A DNA stretch of 49,746 nt from an uncultured Alphaproteobacteria bacterium (GTDB taxonomy: Bacteria > Pseudomonadota > Alphaproteobacteria > CAAHEQ01 > UBA3637), in the NCBI GenBank assembly GCA_944390205.1, contig CALXPF010000002.1:1-49746 (forward strand). Direction: 5' to 3'. Below the pieces are notes generated by a model that saw nothing but the letters and a program-made list of their open reading frames with translations, was not told the origin of the DNA and made no database searches. The translations under genes were made by a program, and so were the position numbers. Shown here in pieces: positions 33,224 to 44,712 of the stretch (position 1 is the first letter of the stretch; every line of letters starts with the position of its first letter).

Positions 33224-35095
33224 TTATTCCTTTGTCAGTCCGGACAACATAAGTTTTGTCATGCGTTCCATAAACTGAGCCGGATCTTTGATGGGTTCTC
33301 CTTCGGTGATCAGGGTTTGATCAAACAGCAAGTGAATCGTGTCGGTTAAGCAGTCCGAATCCTCATTTTTTTGCGCCATTTCAGCTAATTTCTTAATTAA
33401 AGGATGACGCGGATTAATTTCCAGTATACGAGCGCTGTTAAAAGCAATTTGTTGTCCGTGTGCTTTCATAAGTCGTTCCAGATTAAGACTCATTTGTCCT
33501 TCGGGTGTGATGAGGGCAATGGGGCTTTTTGTCAAACGTTCGGTTGTTTGAACGTCTCCGATTGCAGATCCGAGTATTTTCTTAAAGATCTTTTTGAGCA
33601 GATCGGTTTGTTCCTTTGTGAGGGGTTCTCCCGTCTCTGTTTCGGAGGGGGAAATTTTTTCTAAATCGTCTTTGGCATGCATGACCGATACGATTTGTTT
33701 CCCCTCAAATTCATTGAATGTCTGAATCCAAAATTCATCAATCGGATCCGTTAAGAGTAAAACATCGATTCCCCGTGCCTTAAAACCTTCTAATTGGGGA
33801 TTGTTTTTGAGCGTTTCCAAATCAGATCCGGTTAAGTAATAAATATTTTTTTGTTCCGGTTTCATTGCTTGAACATAATCCGAAAAGCTGACTAATTCAG
33901 AATTATTCAATGTATGAAAACGGCACAATTCGGATACCTCTTTGCGTTCATCAATCGGTTCATATAATCCTTCTTTAAAGACAATACCGAAGCTGTTCCA
34001 AAATGTTGCATAATCTTCTTTATTCTCAGATCTCTTTTTGAGCTCCTCCAAAATCCGATGAACGATTCCCTTCTTGATTTTTGCCATAACGGGCGTTTTT
34101 TGGAGCATTTCACGACTGACGTTTAACGGGAGGTCGCTGGTATCAATAACACCTGTCACAAAGCGTAAAAAATGAGGCATGAGATCAGGAATATCATCCG
34201 AAATGAAAACACGGTTGGCATAGAGCTGTAAACCGCTTTTACGATCCGGTTGAAATAGATTAAACGGTGGCTTTGTCGGAATAAAGAGAAGAGTGGTATA
34301 ATCAATAACCCCTTCGGCTTTATAATGAAGAGTCATCCAAGGATCGTCAAAAGCGTGGGAAATTGCTTGATAAAAATCGCGATATTGTTCCGGCGTGATT
34401 TCTGTTTTATTTCTTGTCCAAAGGGCGCTGGCCGCATTGATGACTTCTTCTTTCTGATCTGCTTTTAAGACAATGGGAACGGCAATATAGTCAGAGTACT
34501 GACGAACCAAATAGCGCAACCGAATCGGCTCGGCATAGTCTAAAGAATCTTTTTTGAGATAAAGTGTAATACTTGTTCCGTAATCGATATTTTTATCTTC
34601 TTTAATCGTAAACGAATCCGCCCCGTTTGATTCCCAAATCCATCCCGTTTCATCGCCGGCCTTTTTGGTTTTGACCACGACTTTATCGGCAACCATGAAT
34701 GAAGCATAAAAGCCAACGCCGAATTGTCCGATTAAGGCCATATCTTTTTGTTTGTCGCCCGTGAGTGTTTTTAAAAACTCTGCGGATCCCGAACGGGCGA
34801 TGGTTCCCAAATGATTGATTAAATCATCCTTGTTCATCCCGATCCCATTATCCGCAACAGTCAGAGTTTTTGCAGATGAATCGGGTATTAATGTAATTTT
34901 AAATTCACCTGCGGCATGTTTCAGACCGGGATGAGTTAACAGGGCATAACGGAGTTTATCACAGGCATCCGAGGCATTGGAAATAAGCTCTCGTAAAAAT
35001 ATCTCCGAATTAGAGTATAAAGAATGAATGACAATATCTAAAACTTTGGAAACTTCTGCTTTGAACGCAACCGTTTCTTCTTTTTTTTGAACCAT
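33224..35095 (-). CDS. htpG: Molecular chaperone HtpG (Hsp90)
   Basis: 623 aa. Motifs include 'FKAEVSKVLDIVIHSLYSNSEIFLRELISNASDACDKLRY', 'DNGIGM' and 'IGQFGVGFYASFMVADKV'. Confidence 0.95.
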   Translation of the reverse strand: MVQKKEETVAFKAEVSKVLDIVIHSLYSNSEIFLRELISNASDACDKLRYALLTHPGLKHAAGEFKITLIPDSSAKTLTVADNGIGMNKDDLINHLGTIARSGSAEFLKTLTGDKQKDMALIGQFGVGFYASFMVADKVVVKTKKAGDETGWIWESNGADSFTIKEDKNIDYGTSITLYLKKDSLDYAEPIRLRYLVRQYSDYIAVPIVLKADQKEEVINAASALWTRNKTEITPEQYRDFYQAISHAFDDPWMTLHYKAEGVIDYTTLLFIPTKPPFNLFQPDRKSGLQLYANRVFISDDIPDLMPHFLRFVTGVIDTSDLPLNVSREMLQKTPVMAKIKKGIVHRILEELKKRSENKEDYATFWNSFGIVFKEGLYEPIDERKEVSELCRFHTLNNSELVSFSDYVQAMKPEQKNIYYLTGSDLETLKNNPQLEGFKARGIDVLLLTDPIDEFWIQTFNEFEGKQIVSVMHAKDDLEKISPSETETGEPLTKEQTDLLKKIFKKILGSAIGDVQTTERLTKSPIALITPEGQMSLNLERLMKAHGQQIAFNSARILEINPRHPLIKKLAEMAQKNEDSDCLTDTIHLLFDQTLITEGEPIKDPAQFMERMTKLMLSGLTKE

Positions 35096-35140
35096 ATTTT
35101 ATCCTTTCTTGTTATTATAAATAATACGTTTTTATGCAGG

Positions 35141-35171
35141 ATATATAGTTGGTGTTTTGCCGTATTTCAAG
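35141..35171 (-). promoter_or_regulatory. Possible RpoH (sigma32)-type promoter upstream of htpG
   Basis: The minus strand reads 'CTTGAAAtacggcaaaacaccaaCTATATAT'. The spacer between CTTG and CTATAT is 19 nt, longer than the alphaproteobacterial CTTG-N17-CYTATNT consensus, so the match is weak. Confidence 0.3.
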
Positions 35172-35212
35172 ATTTGAACGAGATAAATACGAGATTTATA
35201 ATATATAAAGTA

Positions 35213-35713
35213 TTATCGGCGTTTCGGGTTTGATGCAATTCCTTCTCGAACAAAAATTTCCCAAGGGAACAATATTCCCGGATCTTGTTTGCGATTTGGA
35301 GCAATATCGGAATGTCCGACAACATTTTTAGGCAAAATGTGATATCTTTTTTGAATGTCATGGCATAATTCAAGACCACTTTGGATTTGATCTTGTGTAA
35401 AGTTTCCCAGCGTTCCGTCACTTTGCGTGGGGCACTGAAATTCTATTCCGATGGAGTAAGTGTTGATATCTTCTCGATCCCCCCATCTACTGATTCCGGC
35501 GTGCCAAGCTCGTTTTGATTCGTCAACCAACTGATAAACGGTTCCGTCCCGATCAATCACATAGTGAGCACTGACACGATGAGGCGCTTGGCTGTGAATA
35601 AGATATGAAAATGTTTCATCCAGCGTTTGTGTGGCCGTCGCATGAATGACAATCATATCAATCGGCGTTGTTCGATCATTAAAATGAGGAGAGGCTTTTT
35701 GAATAATTTTCAT
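35213..35713 (-). CDS. N-acetylmuramoyl-L-alanine amidase (amidase_2 / AmpD-like)
   Basis: Motifs include 'IVIHATA', 'VSAHYVIDRDGTVYQLV', 'AWHAGIS.W' and 'NTYSIGIE'. The start was moved to the ATG at 35713 because the longer track ORF (to 35776) would overlap the ruvC 3' end. Confidence 0.8.
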   Translation of the reverse strand: MKIIQKASPHFNDRTTPIDMIVIHATATQTLDETFSYLIHSQAPHRVSAHYVIDRDGTVYQLVDESKRAWHAGISRWGDREDINTYSIGIEFQCPTQSDGTLGNFTQDQIQSGLELCHDIQKRYHILPKNVVGHSDIAPNRKQDPGILFPWEIFVREGIASNPKRR

Positions 35714-35727
35714 ATATAATCCCTTCG

Positions 35728-36228
35728 TTATCGAAGAAGTTGTCGAGTTAAAGACGGTCGCATAAAACCATGGCAAAGAGCAATGGCTAACGCATCTGAC
35801 GCATCCGGCGGGATGTGCTCCGGAACTGTTTTTTTAAGAAGGGTTCGAACCATCATGTCTACTTGATTTTTATCAGCATGGCCGGCACCCACGATCATTT
35901 TTTTTATTTGATTGGGGGTATATTCAAACACACGAATATGCAAGATGGCCGGTGTTAATAAAACAACACCGCGAGCTTGTCCCAATTTTAAAGTCGAAGA
36001 GGGATTTTTGTTGACAAATGTTTCCTCTACCGCCGCCTCATCCGGATCATAAGACTCTATAATTCCCTTTAAATGTTCATGTAATTCTGCTAATCGCTCG
36101 GATAAAGACAAATGATCCGGCGGATTGATAACTCCTGCGGCTATAAAACGAAAACGGGTGCCATCCTGCTCAATGACACCCCATCCCGTATGTCGCAAAC
36201 CCGGATCCAAACCCAAGATGCGAATCAT
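35728..36228 (-). CDS. ruvC: Holliday junction resolvase RuvC
   Basis: Motifs 'MIRILGLDPGLRHTGWGVIE', 'AAVEETFVNKNPSSTLKLGQARG' and 'GAGHADKNQV' are present. Confidence 0.9.
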   Translation of the reverse strand: MIRILGLDPGLRHTGWGVIEQDGTRFRFIAAGVINPPDHLSLSERLAELHEHLKGIIESYDPDEAAVEETFVNKNPSSTLKLGQARGVVLLTPAILHIRVFEYTPNQIKKMIVGAGHADKNQVDMMVRTLLKKTVPEHIPPDASDALAIALCHGFMRPSLTRQLLR

Positions 36229-36229
36229 A

Positions 36230-36985
36230 TTATTCCGCTTCCAGCTGTTTCATAACGTTTTCATCAATGTCCGCATTTGTGATGACACGTTGAACATCGT
36301 CATCTTCATTAAGGAGGTTAATGAAATTCATTAACTTTTGAGCCGTTTCCAAATCAGAAATCGGTGTCTGAACCAATGGCTTCCAATCCAATCGAGCGGC
36401 ATTCGGAGTACCCAACTTGGCTTCCAAGGCCTCTCGTACAACAGCCAAATCTTCCGGAGTACAAGTAATTTCATGTGCTTCGTTTGTTGAAACGACATCT
36501 TGAGCACCTGCCTCCAGAGCCGCCTCAAAAATTGCATCCGGTGTCCCGACGGAAATCGGATATTCAATATATCCGATCCGTTCAAAATTAAACGTGACGG
36601 AACCCGTTTCTCCGAAAACACCTCCGTTTTTTGAAAATAAAGAACGCAAATTCGGTGCCGTTCTTGCACGGTTATCTGTCAGGGCTTCCACAATGATAGA
36701 GACTTTTCCGGGGCCAAATCCTTCATAACGGACTTCTTCATAGTTTGTTGTGTCAGCACCTTGTGTCCCTTTTGCAATGGCTCGTTCAATGTTATCTTTC
36801 GGCATATTTTCCGAACGAGCGTTTTGAATGGCTAAGCGTAAACGGGGATTCATGGCCGGATCCGGTAAACCCGTTTTAACGGCAACGGTGATTTCACGAG
36901 CCAGTTTTGAAAAAACCTTAGCCCTCATTTTGTCTTGGGCCCCTTTACGGTACATAATATTTTTAAATTGTGAATGTCCTGACAT
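36230..36985 (-). CDS. yebC: YebC/PmpR family DNA-binding regulator
   Basis: Motifs 'MSGHSQFKNIMYRKGAQDKMRAKVFSKLAREITVAVK', 'NPRLR' and 'YEGFGPGKVSIIVEALTDNRARTA' are present. The yebC-ruvC order is conserved. Confidence 0.9.
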   Translation of the reverse strand: MSGHSQFKNIMYRKGAQDKMRAKVFSKLAREITVAVKTGLPDPAMNPRLRLAIQNARSENMPKDNIERAIAKGTQGADTTNYEEVRYEGFGPGKVSIIVEALTDNRARTAPNLRSLFSKNGGVFGETGSVTFNFERIGYIEYPISVGTPDAIFEAALEAGAQDVVSTNEAHEITCTPEDLAVVREALEAKLGTPNAARLDWKPLVQTPISDLETAQKLMNFINLLNEDDDVQRVITNADIDENVMKQLEAE

Positions 36986-37054
36986 CTTTGTTTCCTCTAT
37001 AATTAATAATGTTTCTATGTTAAGAGATCATATTTTTAAATGGGCTTCTTTATA

Positions 37055-37867
37055 TCATATTTCATGCGTGTTTTCAAGATGGGCGCCGATTCGAACCGGA
37101 AAAATTTTTGTGGCAACCCCTGTTTTTTCTTCTATTTCAATAAAAACGGCGCAAAATGTTCCCTCGGAGTCCGCCGGTTCTAATCGGGATCCGTGTGCCC
37201 CGCAAAAAAATCGAGGAAGTGCTGTTTCTTTTTTCATTCCGATAACCGAATGATAATCACCACACATACCGATATCGGTTATATATCCCGTTCCGTTCGG
37301 CAAAATTTGGGCGTCCGCAGTCGGAATATGGGTGTGTGTCCCAACAACCAAACAGGCTTGTCCGTCTAAAAAATGGCCCATACCCATTTTTTCCGCCGTT
37401 GCTTCGGCATGAAAATCAACAATTAAAAAATCCCAGCATCCCCCCTTTGGATATTTTTCGAGCCAGGACTGAATGCTCTCAAACGGGCTATCCACGGATC
37501 GCATAAAAACGTGCCCTTGTAGTTGAACAACCGCCAATCGGTATCCGTTTGATAAAGTTTTGAAACAAAATCCCTTCCCGACCGTATTTTCGGGATAATT
37601 CATCGGACGAATAATATCGTCTCGTTCGTCCAGTATCGGGAAGATCTCTTTTTTATCAAAGGAGTGATTGCCTAAAGTGATGATGTCTATGCCGGCATTA
37701 AAAAAATCCTGAGCCATTTTGGGAGTCAGCCCAAAACCATGGGCGGCATTTTCTCCATTGGCGATTACAAAATCTAAATTGAAGCGGTCACGTAATTTGG
37801 GAATATATTCCAAAACCATACGCCGACCCGATTTGCCGACAATATCTCCGCAAAACAATCCTTTCAT
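37055..37867 (-). CDS. YmdB-like (TIGR00282) metallophosphoesterase
   Basis: Motifs 'FCGDIVGKSGRR', 'FVIANGENAAHGFGLT', 'ITLGNH', 'DFHAEATAEK', 'VVGTHTHIPTAD' and 'GYITDIGMCG' closely parallel B. subtilis YmdB. Confidence 0.85.
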   Translation of the reverse strand: MKGLFCGDIVGKSGRRMVLEYIPKLRDRFNLDFVIANGENAAHGFGLTPKMAQDFFNAGIDIITLGNHSFDKKEIFPILDERDDIIRPMNYPENTVGKGFCFKTLSNGYRLAVVQLQGHVFMRSVDSPFESIQSWLEKYPKGGCWDFLIVDFHAEATAEKMGMGHFLDGQACLVVGTHTHIPTADAQILPNGTGYITDIGMCGDYHSVIGMKKETALPRFFCGAHGSRLEPADSEGTFCAVFIEIEEKTGVATKIFPVRIGAHLENTHEI

Positions 37868-38193
37868 TCTCCGATATCCTTCTCAGTGTCGCTTAAATTC
37901 TCGGCTAATACATTCATTTTTATAGCTATGTTTTCAATACTTTCGGCAAGCTGTTTTTGAATAAGGGCTTGTTGCTCAAAATTTCCGCTTTTTTCTAAGT
38001 GTTGTTTCTCTTCCTCCAATAAAAGACACAGCATGGCCAAGAGCTGGCCCTCTTGCATGAATCCGAGAGATTTCATTAACTGATCGGCTCTCTTGTCCAG
38101 AATTTCCGCCAATTCTCTCATGTGGGCTTCTTGTCCGTCATTACAAGAAAATTTATAAAAACGTCCTCCGATCTTCAGTGATACGACAGCCAT
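37864..38193 (-). CDS. zapA: Cell division protein ZapA
   Basis: 109 aa. It has 'VSLKIGGRFYKFSCNDGQEAHMRELAEILDKR' followed by a coiled-coil tail. The stop overlaps the ymdB-like start. Confidence 0.75.
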   Translation of the reverse strand: MAVVSLKIGGRFYKFSCNDGQEAHMRELAEILDKRADQLMKSLGFMQEGQLLAMLCLLLEEEKQHLEKSGNFEQQALIQKQLAESIENIAIKMNVLAENLSDTEKDIGE

Positions 38194-38195
38194 TA

Positions 38196-38381
38196 TTATT
38201 CCTCCCCCTTGAAGGCTGATAAAGCTTTATCCAAACGATGATAGGCCGTTTTTATAACGGATTTTAACTCCCGAACCTCCTCAACGGCATGAACATGTTC
38301 CTTTTTGGCCACATGAACCGCCGTTTCCAGTTTTAAAACCGCTTGCTCTAAGGATTTTAATGCCTCTTTAATTTCTTCCAT
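38196..38381 (-). CDS. Small coiled-coil protein (DUF4164/ZapB-like position upstream of zapA)
   Basis: 61 aa with heptad-rich sequence 'EEIKEALKSLEQAVLKLETAVH...'. It lies 2 nt upstream of zapA, an arrangement seen in alphaproteobacteria. Confidence 0.5.
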   Translation of the reverse strand: MEEIKEALKSLEQAVLKLETAVHVAKKEHVHAVEEVRELKSVIKTAYHRLDKALSAFKGEE

Positions 38382-38408
38382 TTATATTATGTCCGTTCTA
38401 TCGTTGTC

Positions 38409-39002
38409 TTAGATGTCTCTTCTCGCGTTGAATGCCGTTTGCAGGGTGCCGTCATCTAAATAATCAAGCTCTCCGCCAATCGGAACTCCGCGAGATAAGG
38501 TTGAAATATGGATGGGAAAAGATTCTAATTTTTCTGTCAGATAATGAACCGTTGCCTGTCCTTCAACCGTCGCGGGAAGTGCCAAAATAACTTCGGTGGC
38601 AGGATGTTGGCTTATCTTGTCCACTAAACGTTGGATGTTTAACTCATCCGGTCCGATTCCATCCAGAGCAGATAGAAGCCCTCCCAAAACATGATAAACG
38701 CCTCTAAAAACGCCGGCTCGCTCCAGTGCCCACAGATCGGTTACGTCACGAACAACACAAATCTGCCCCTTATCTCTGTTCGGATCGGAGCAGATTGAAC
38801 AAGGAGAACAGGTGTCCATATTACCACATTCCGGACAGGAGCGAACATGATCCAAAACAGATTGCATGGACTGTATCAACGGAATAAAAAAAGTTTCTTT
38901 TTTACTTAATAAGTGTAAAACAGCCCGACGAGCCGATCTGGGCCCCAACGCCGGCAACTTGCTCATGAGATGGATAAGCTGTTCGATTTCTCCTGATTTC
39001 AT
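38409..39002 (-). CDS. recR: Recombination protein RecR
   Basis: It has 'LPALGPRSARR', a C4 zinc finger 'CPECGNMDTCSPCSIC' and Toprim 'ICVVRDVTDLWALE'. Confidence 0.9.
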   Translation of the reverse strand: MKSGEIEQLIHLMSKLPALGPRSARRAVLHLLSKKETFFIPLIQSMQSVLDHVRSCPECGNMDTCSPCSICSDPNRDKGQICVVRDVTDLWALERAGVFRGVYHVLGGLLSALDGIGPDELNIQRLVDKISQHPATEVILALPATVEGQATVHYLTEKLESFPIHISTLSRGVPIGGELDYLDDGTLQTAFNARRDI

Positions 39003-39011
39003 TCAACTGTC

Positions 39012-39335
39012 CTAGAACGGCATTTTAAATCCCGGAGGTAAACCTAAAGAAGATTGAATGCGTTCCATTTCCGATACAAGCGCTTCATCAGCTTTATTGC
39101 GGGAGTCATTGAGCGCAACGACCAAAAGATCTTCTAACGTTTCGACGTCATTCGGATCAACAACTGATTTATCTAAAGACACACTAACAGGGTTTCCCTT
39201 TCCCGTTAAAACAACTTTAACGGCTCCGCCGGCCGCAGTCCCTTCAAATTCGGCTTTTTCCATCTTTGTTTGAAGAATGCTCATTTGAGATTGAACTTGT
39301 TGGGCTTTTTTCATTAAATCGCCGATATTTTTCAT
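39012..39335 (-). CDS. ybaB: YbaB/EbfC nucleoid-associated protein
   Basis: 107 aa. It has 'LMKKAQQVQSQMSILQTKMEKAEFEGTAAGGAVKVVLTGKG' and ends 'GFKMPF'. It lies directly upstream of recR. Confidence 0.85.
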   Translation of the reverse strand: MKNIGDLMKKAQQVQSQMSILQTKMEKAEFEGTAAGGAVKVVLTGKGNPVSVSLDKSVVDPNDVETLEDLLVVALNDSRNKADEALVSEMERIQSSLGLPPGFKMPF

Positions 39336-39491
39336 TTGCTTTTCCTTTCTTTTTTCCTGATTTTGGGGATCATCCGAATTTTATTTTCGGATCGTCCGCT
39401 TGGCAGTATATCCTCTTTTCCTTTTTTATTCAATCAGAATATTTGACTTTGAGACTCATTTTTTATTCTCAAGCGAAAAATAGATGAGACC

Positions 39492-39520
39492 TTGCTTTTT
39501 TTTTGTTTTTCCGATATCAT
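39492..39520 (+). promoter_or_regulatory. Candidate sigma70 promoter for lepA
   Basis: 'TTGCTT', a 17-nt spacer, then 'TATCAT'. The -10 element ends 29 nt upstream of the lepA ATG. Pattern match only. Confidence 0.3.
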
Positions 39521-39549
39521 CGTCCCGATTTACATAAAAAGGATTTGAT

Positions 39550-41352
39550 ATGACTGATTTATCACATATTCGTAATTTTTCAATCGTGGCTCATATTGAT
39601 CACGGGAAATCCACTTTGGCAGATCGACTGATTCAATTGTGCGGAGCTGTTTCCGATCGTGAAATGAAGGCGCAAATATTGGATAATATGGATATTGAAA
39701 GAGAACGAGGCATTACCATTAAAGCTCAAACCGTTCGGTTGAATTATCGGGCTCAAGACGGGCAGGATTATATTTTAAATTTAATCGATACGCCGGGGCA
39801 TGTGGATTTTGGGTATGAAGTCAGTCGATCTTTGGCTGCATGTGAGGGATCTCTTTTGGTTGTTGATGCCTCTCAAGGCGTGGAAGCTCAGACGCTGGCG
39901 AATGTTTATAAGGCGTTGGATGCTAACCATGAAATTGTTCCCGTTATCAATAAAATAGATTTACCGGCGGCGGATCCGGATCGAGTGAAAGATCAAATTG
40001 AAAATGTTATCGGCATCGATGCTTCTGAGGCTCCTCTGATTTCAGCAAAAACAGGGTTGGGTGTTCAAGAGGTTTTGGAAACAATCGTTCATCGACTTCC
40101 GTCCCCTAAAGGTGAAGTGAATGCTCCGTTGAAGGCCATGCTGGTTGATTCTTGGTATGATTCTTATTTGGGTATTATTGTTTTGGTTCGAGTTGTGGAC
40201 GGAACTCTCAAAAAGGGAATGAATATTCGGATGATGTCAACAAATACCTCCTATAAAGTGGAACGATTGGGATATTTTACACCCAAAATGACAGATAGTT
40301 CAGAAATTAAAACAGGAGAGCTCGGGTTTATTATTTGCGGGATCAAATCAATCGGTGAAACTCATGTCGGTGATACGATTACGGATGAAAAGAACCCGAC
40401 TAAAGAGGCTTTACCCGGATTTAAACCAAGTCTGTCGGTCGTGTTTTGCTCATTGTTCCCCGTTGATATGAGTGATTATGAAAATTTAAAGGAATCGCTG
40501 GGGAAATTGCAGTTAAATGATGCGGCTTTTCAATTTACGCCGGATAAATCCATGGCGTTGGGGCAGGGATTTAGATGCGGTTTTTTGGGGCTCTTGCATA
40601 TGGAAATTATTCAAGAGCGATTGTCTCGGGAATTTAATTTGGATTTAATTACAACGGCTCCGTCCGTTGCTTATCGGGTTCATTTAACAAACGGAAACAT
40701 GATTGTCATGCATAATCCGGCAGATATGCCGGATCCGTCATCCATTGCGTTTATTGAAGAGCCATGGGTTAAAGCGAGTATTTTAACGCCGGATGAATAT
40801 TTGGGAGGAATTCTTCAATTATGCACGGAACGAAGAGGGGTCCAAAAAGATTTAACGTATGTCGGCAATCGGGCAATGCTTGTTTATCAGTTGCCGTTGA
40901 ATGAAATTGTCTTTGATTTTTATGATCGCCTTAAGTCTTTATCAAAAGGATATGCCAGTTTTGATTATGAAGTGGCTGATTATGAAAAAAGTGATTTGGT
41001 CCGTGTGAATATTATGGTTCACGGAGAGCAAGTAGATGCATTGGCGTTTTTGGCTCATCGGTCTCAGGCCGAACGAAGAGGACGCCAGATTTGTGAACGA
41101 TTAAAGGATTTGATTCCTCGTCACCAATTTAAAATTCCCATCCAAGCAAGTATCGGGGGTAAAATTATTGCCAGAGAAGATATTGCCGCTTTTCGGAAGG
41201 ATGTGACGGCAAAATGTTATGGCGGTGATATTACTCGAAAACGAAAACTTCTCGAAAAACAAAAAGAGGGTAAAAAGCGAATGCGCCAATTCGGAAGTGT
41301 CGAAATTCCGCAAACCGCTTTTATTAACGCCCTTAAAATCGGAGATGAATAA
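39550..41352 (+). CDS. lepA: Translation elongation factor 4 (LepA)
   Basis: Motifs '[21 protein letters not shown]', 'DTPGHVDF', 'NKIDLP' and the LepA C-terminal '[24 protein letters not shown]' are present. Confidence 0.95.
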   Translation: MTDLSHIRNFSIVAHIDHGKSTLADRLIQLCGAVSDREMKAQILDNMDIERERGITIKAQTVRLNYRAQDGQDYILNLIDTPGHVDFGYEVSRSLAACEGSLLVVDASQGVEAQTLANVYKALDANHEIVPVINKIDLPAADPDRVKDQIENVIGIDASEAPLISAKTGLGVQEVLETIVHRLPSPKGEVNAPLKAMLVDSWYDSYLGIIVLVRVVDGTLKKGMNIRMMSTNTSYKVERLGYFTPKMTDSSEIKTGELGFIICGIKSIGETHVGDTITDEKNPTKEALPGFKPSLSVVFCSLFPVDMSDYENLKESLGKLQLNDAAFQFTPDKSMALGQGFRCGFLGLLHMEIIQERLSREFNLDLITTAPSVAYRVHLTNGNMIVMHNPADMPDPSSIAFIEEPWVKASILTPDEYLGGILQLCTERRGVQKDLTYVGNRAMLVYQLPLNEIVFDFYDRLKSLSKGYASFDYEVADYEKSDLVRVNIMVHGEQVDALAFLAHRSQAERRGRQICERLKDLIPRHQFKIPIQASIGGKIIAREDIAAFRKDVTAKCYGGDITRKRKLLEKQKEGKKRMRQFGSVEIPQTAFINALKIGDE

Positions 41353-41505
41353 AATATCTTGCGAATTCAGATGAATTTTCTTTGAAGGGAATTAAAATTT
41401 ATTACATCCGAAAAATAAATAAAGTTTCCGCTCTTGACGAATGAAATAAGAAATACTATGTTATGTCTAACTCTGACATGGGGTGATTGAAAGAAAGAAA
41501 AGGGG

Positions 41506-41533
41506 CTTGAAAAAAAGTCTATCCTACTTATAT
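41506..41533 (+). promoter_or_regulatory. RpoH (sigma32)-type promoter upstream of groES
   Basis: 'CTTG' (41506..41509), a 17-nt spacer, then 'CTTATAT' (41527..41533). This matches the alphaproteobacterial heat-shock consensus CTTG-N17-CYTATNT and lies about 32 nt before the groES ATG. A sigma70-like TTGACG-N17-TATGTT also lies at 41434..41462. No CIRCE element was seen. Confidence 0.45.
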
Positions 41534-41564
41534 AGTCAAAGAAAATAAAATGAAAGGACTCAAC

Positions 41565-41852
41565 ATGAAATTCAAACCATTACTTGATCGTGTCGTAATC
41601 AAAAGAACACCGGAAGAAAGTCGAACGGCCGGCGGAATTATTATTCCGGATACAGCTAAAGAAAAGCCATCGCAGGGCGTTGTTATCGCGGTCGGCCCCG
41701 GCGCTCGAGATGAGGCCGGAAAAGTCATTCCGATGACATTAAAGGAAGGCGATAAAGTTTTGTTCGGAAAATGGTCCGGAACGGAAATTAAAATTGACGG
41801 CGAGGAATTGCTGATCATGAAAGAAACGGATGTTTTGGGTATTTTGGAATAA
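41565..41852 (+). CDS. groES: Co-chaperonin GroES
   Basis: '[14 protein letters not shown]...[23 protein letters not shown]' is present. The start was set at the ATG that gives the canonical 95-aa protein. Confidence 0.95.
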   Translation: MKFKPLLDRVVIKRTPEESRTAGGIIIPDTAKEKPSQGVVIAVGPGARDEAGKVIPMTLKEGDKVLFGKWSGTEIKIDGEELLIMKETDVLGILE

Positions 41853-41884
41853 TTTAGATTTTTAGAAAAATAGAGAAAGGATAA

Positions 41885-43546
<1,662 letters not shown>

Positions 43547-43567
43547 AAACCCAAGTTTAGAACTCAG

Positions 43568-43596
43568 AAAAGGTCGCTTCGGCGGCCTTTTTTGTA
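43568..43596. terminator. Bidirectional rho-independent terminator between groEL and the convergent GT2 gene
   Basis: 'aaaaggtcgc-ttcg-gcggcctttttt' forms an 8-bp GC-rich stem with one G-U pair. It is flanked by an A-run and a T-run. Confidence 0.65.
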
Positions 43597-43767
43597 TTAT
43601 GGCTTGATGAAACGGAACAAAATGGCGTCTCAAAAGTCATATGAAAGATATGATGGCTCATTTATTGATCCAAGAAGGGTTTTCAAAAGTTGAGGATATT
43701 GCCTATATTTCATTAGTTGTTAAAAAAGATCGAATAACAAGTATCTCCGAAATGATAAATAATACGC

Positions 43768-44712
43768 TTAATCCAAATGTATTGTCGGGCAGAAACGATT
43801 TATTTTTTGTTTGAGCGTTTCTCGATCAAAGATCATTTTTTTATCCGGTAAATCCCATAATGCTTTGTATTTATCACACTTTGTTCCTTTCATGAGGCGA
43901 TCTACTTCTTCTTTGGGAAAAAAATGTAAAAAAGCATTTCGTATAGCACGATCTCGAGATTCATATTGGGTTTTTCGATAGTGGTATTGCTTCGGGGATC
44001 GTTGATCGTATCCCAATAAAATATCAGGCAGACTGACGATGGATCCGCCGGCAAAAATAATATCCGTTAAAAATTTCATATCCTCGGCATATTTATATTT
44101 CTCATTGTATTGGATATGTTTTTCATCCAAAAAAGACTTTCGGATCATCCATGTGGAGTGGGGCGCAGGGGTATAAAAAAGAGTTTCGATGGCCGCACTT
44201 TTTTCATTGGGATCACTCATCCACGGGAATAGTCTTTGAAAGGGATCTTCCCCGATGGCGTATCGATTGGTTCCCAAGACGGTGATATGTGGATTTTCTT
44301 CAAGAAAAGCAACTTGCTTCTCAAAGCGGGTCGGTAGAGAAATATCATCATCATCCATGCGCGCAATATATTTTCCCCGAGCTTTTTTTATTCCTAAATT
44401 CAAATTATGGACAAGGCCTTTATTTCGCTTGTTTTTATAGGCTTTAATTCGAGGATCTTTTGCTTGATAAGCGGCGATGACTTCCTGTGTTTTATCAATG
44501 GATCCATCGTCAATAATAATGAACTCAAAATCTTGAAATGTTTGAGATAAAACGGAATCAATCGCTTTTGGTAAATAGGTAGCTCTGTTGTAGGTTGACA
44601 GAATAACCGAAACGGTGGGACGTTTTGTGATAAGGTAATATCCCCCTACAAAAAGAGAAACGGAAATAATTACAAGGCCTGATAATATATATTTTTTGGT
44701 ACTTTTTTTCAT
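43768..44712 (-). CDS. Family 2 glycosyltransferase with N-terminal membrane anchor
   Basis: Motifs 'VSVILSTYNRATYLPKAIDSVLSQTFQDFEFIIIDDGSIDKT' and 'ARMDDDD' are present. The start overlaps the rnr stop (ATGA on the minus strand). Confidence 0.85.
   Translation of the reverse strand: MKKSTKKYILSGLVIISVSLFVGGYYLITKRPTVSVILSTYNRATYLPKAIDSVLSQTFQDFEFIIIDDGSIDKTQEVIAAYQAKDPRIKAYKNKRNKGLVHNLNLGIKKARGKYIARMDDDDISLPTRFEKQVAFLEENPHITVLGTNRYAIGEDPFQRLFPWMSDPNEKSAAIETLFYTPAPHSTWMIRKSFLDEKHIQYNEKYKYAEDMKFLTDIIFAGGSIVSLPDILLGYDQRSPKQYHYRKTQYESRDRAIRNAFLHFFPKEEVDRLMKGTKCDKYKALWDLPDKKMIFDRETLKQKINRFCPTIHLD

Noticed and set aside
39336-39549. Searched the ybaB/lepA divergent spacer for an SRP (4.5S) RNA, and the zapA neighbourhood for 6S RNA, because those RNAs sit near these genes in other bacteria
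   Set aside because: No conserved SRP domain IV motif or 6S-like long imperfect hairpin was recognisable by eye. The region is AT-rich promoter-like DNA. A covariance-model scan (Infernal/Rfam) would be needed to exclude them.
41550-41564. Longer groES start (MKGLNMKF...) given by the ORF track
   Set aside because: The internal ATG at 41565 gives the canonical GroES N-terminus '[10 protein letters not shown]' and length. The upstream ATG lies only about 17 nt after the putative RpoH -10 element.
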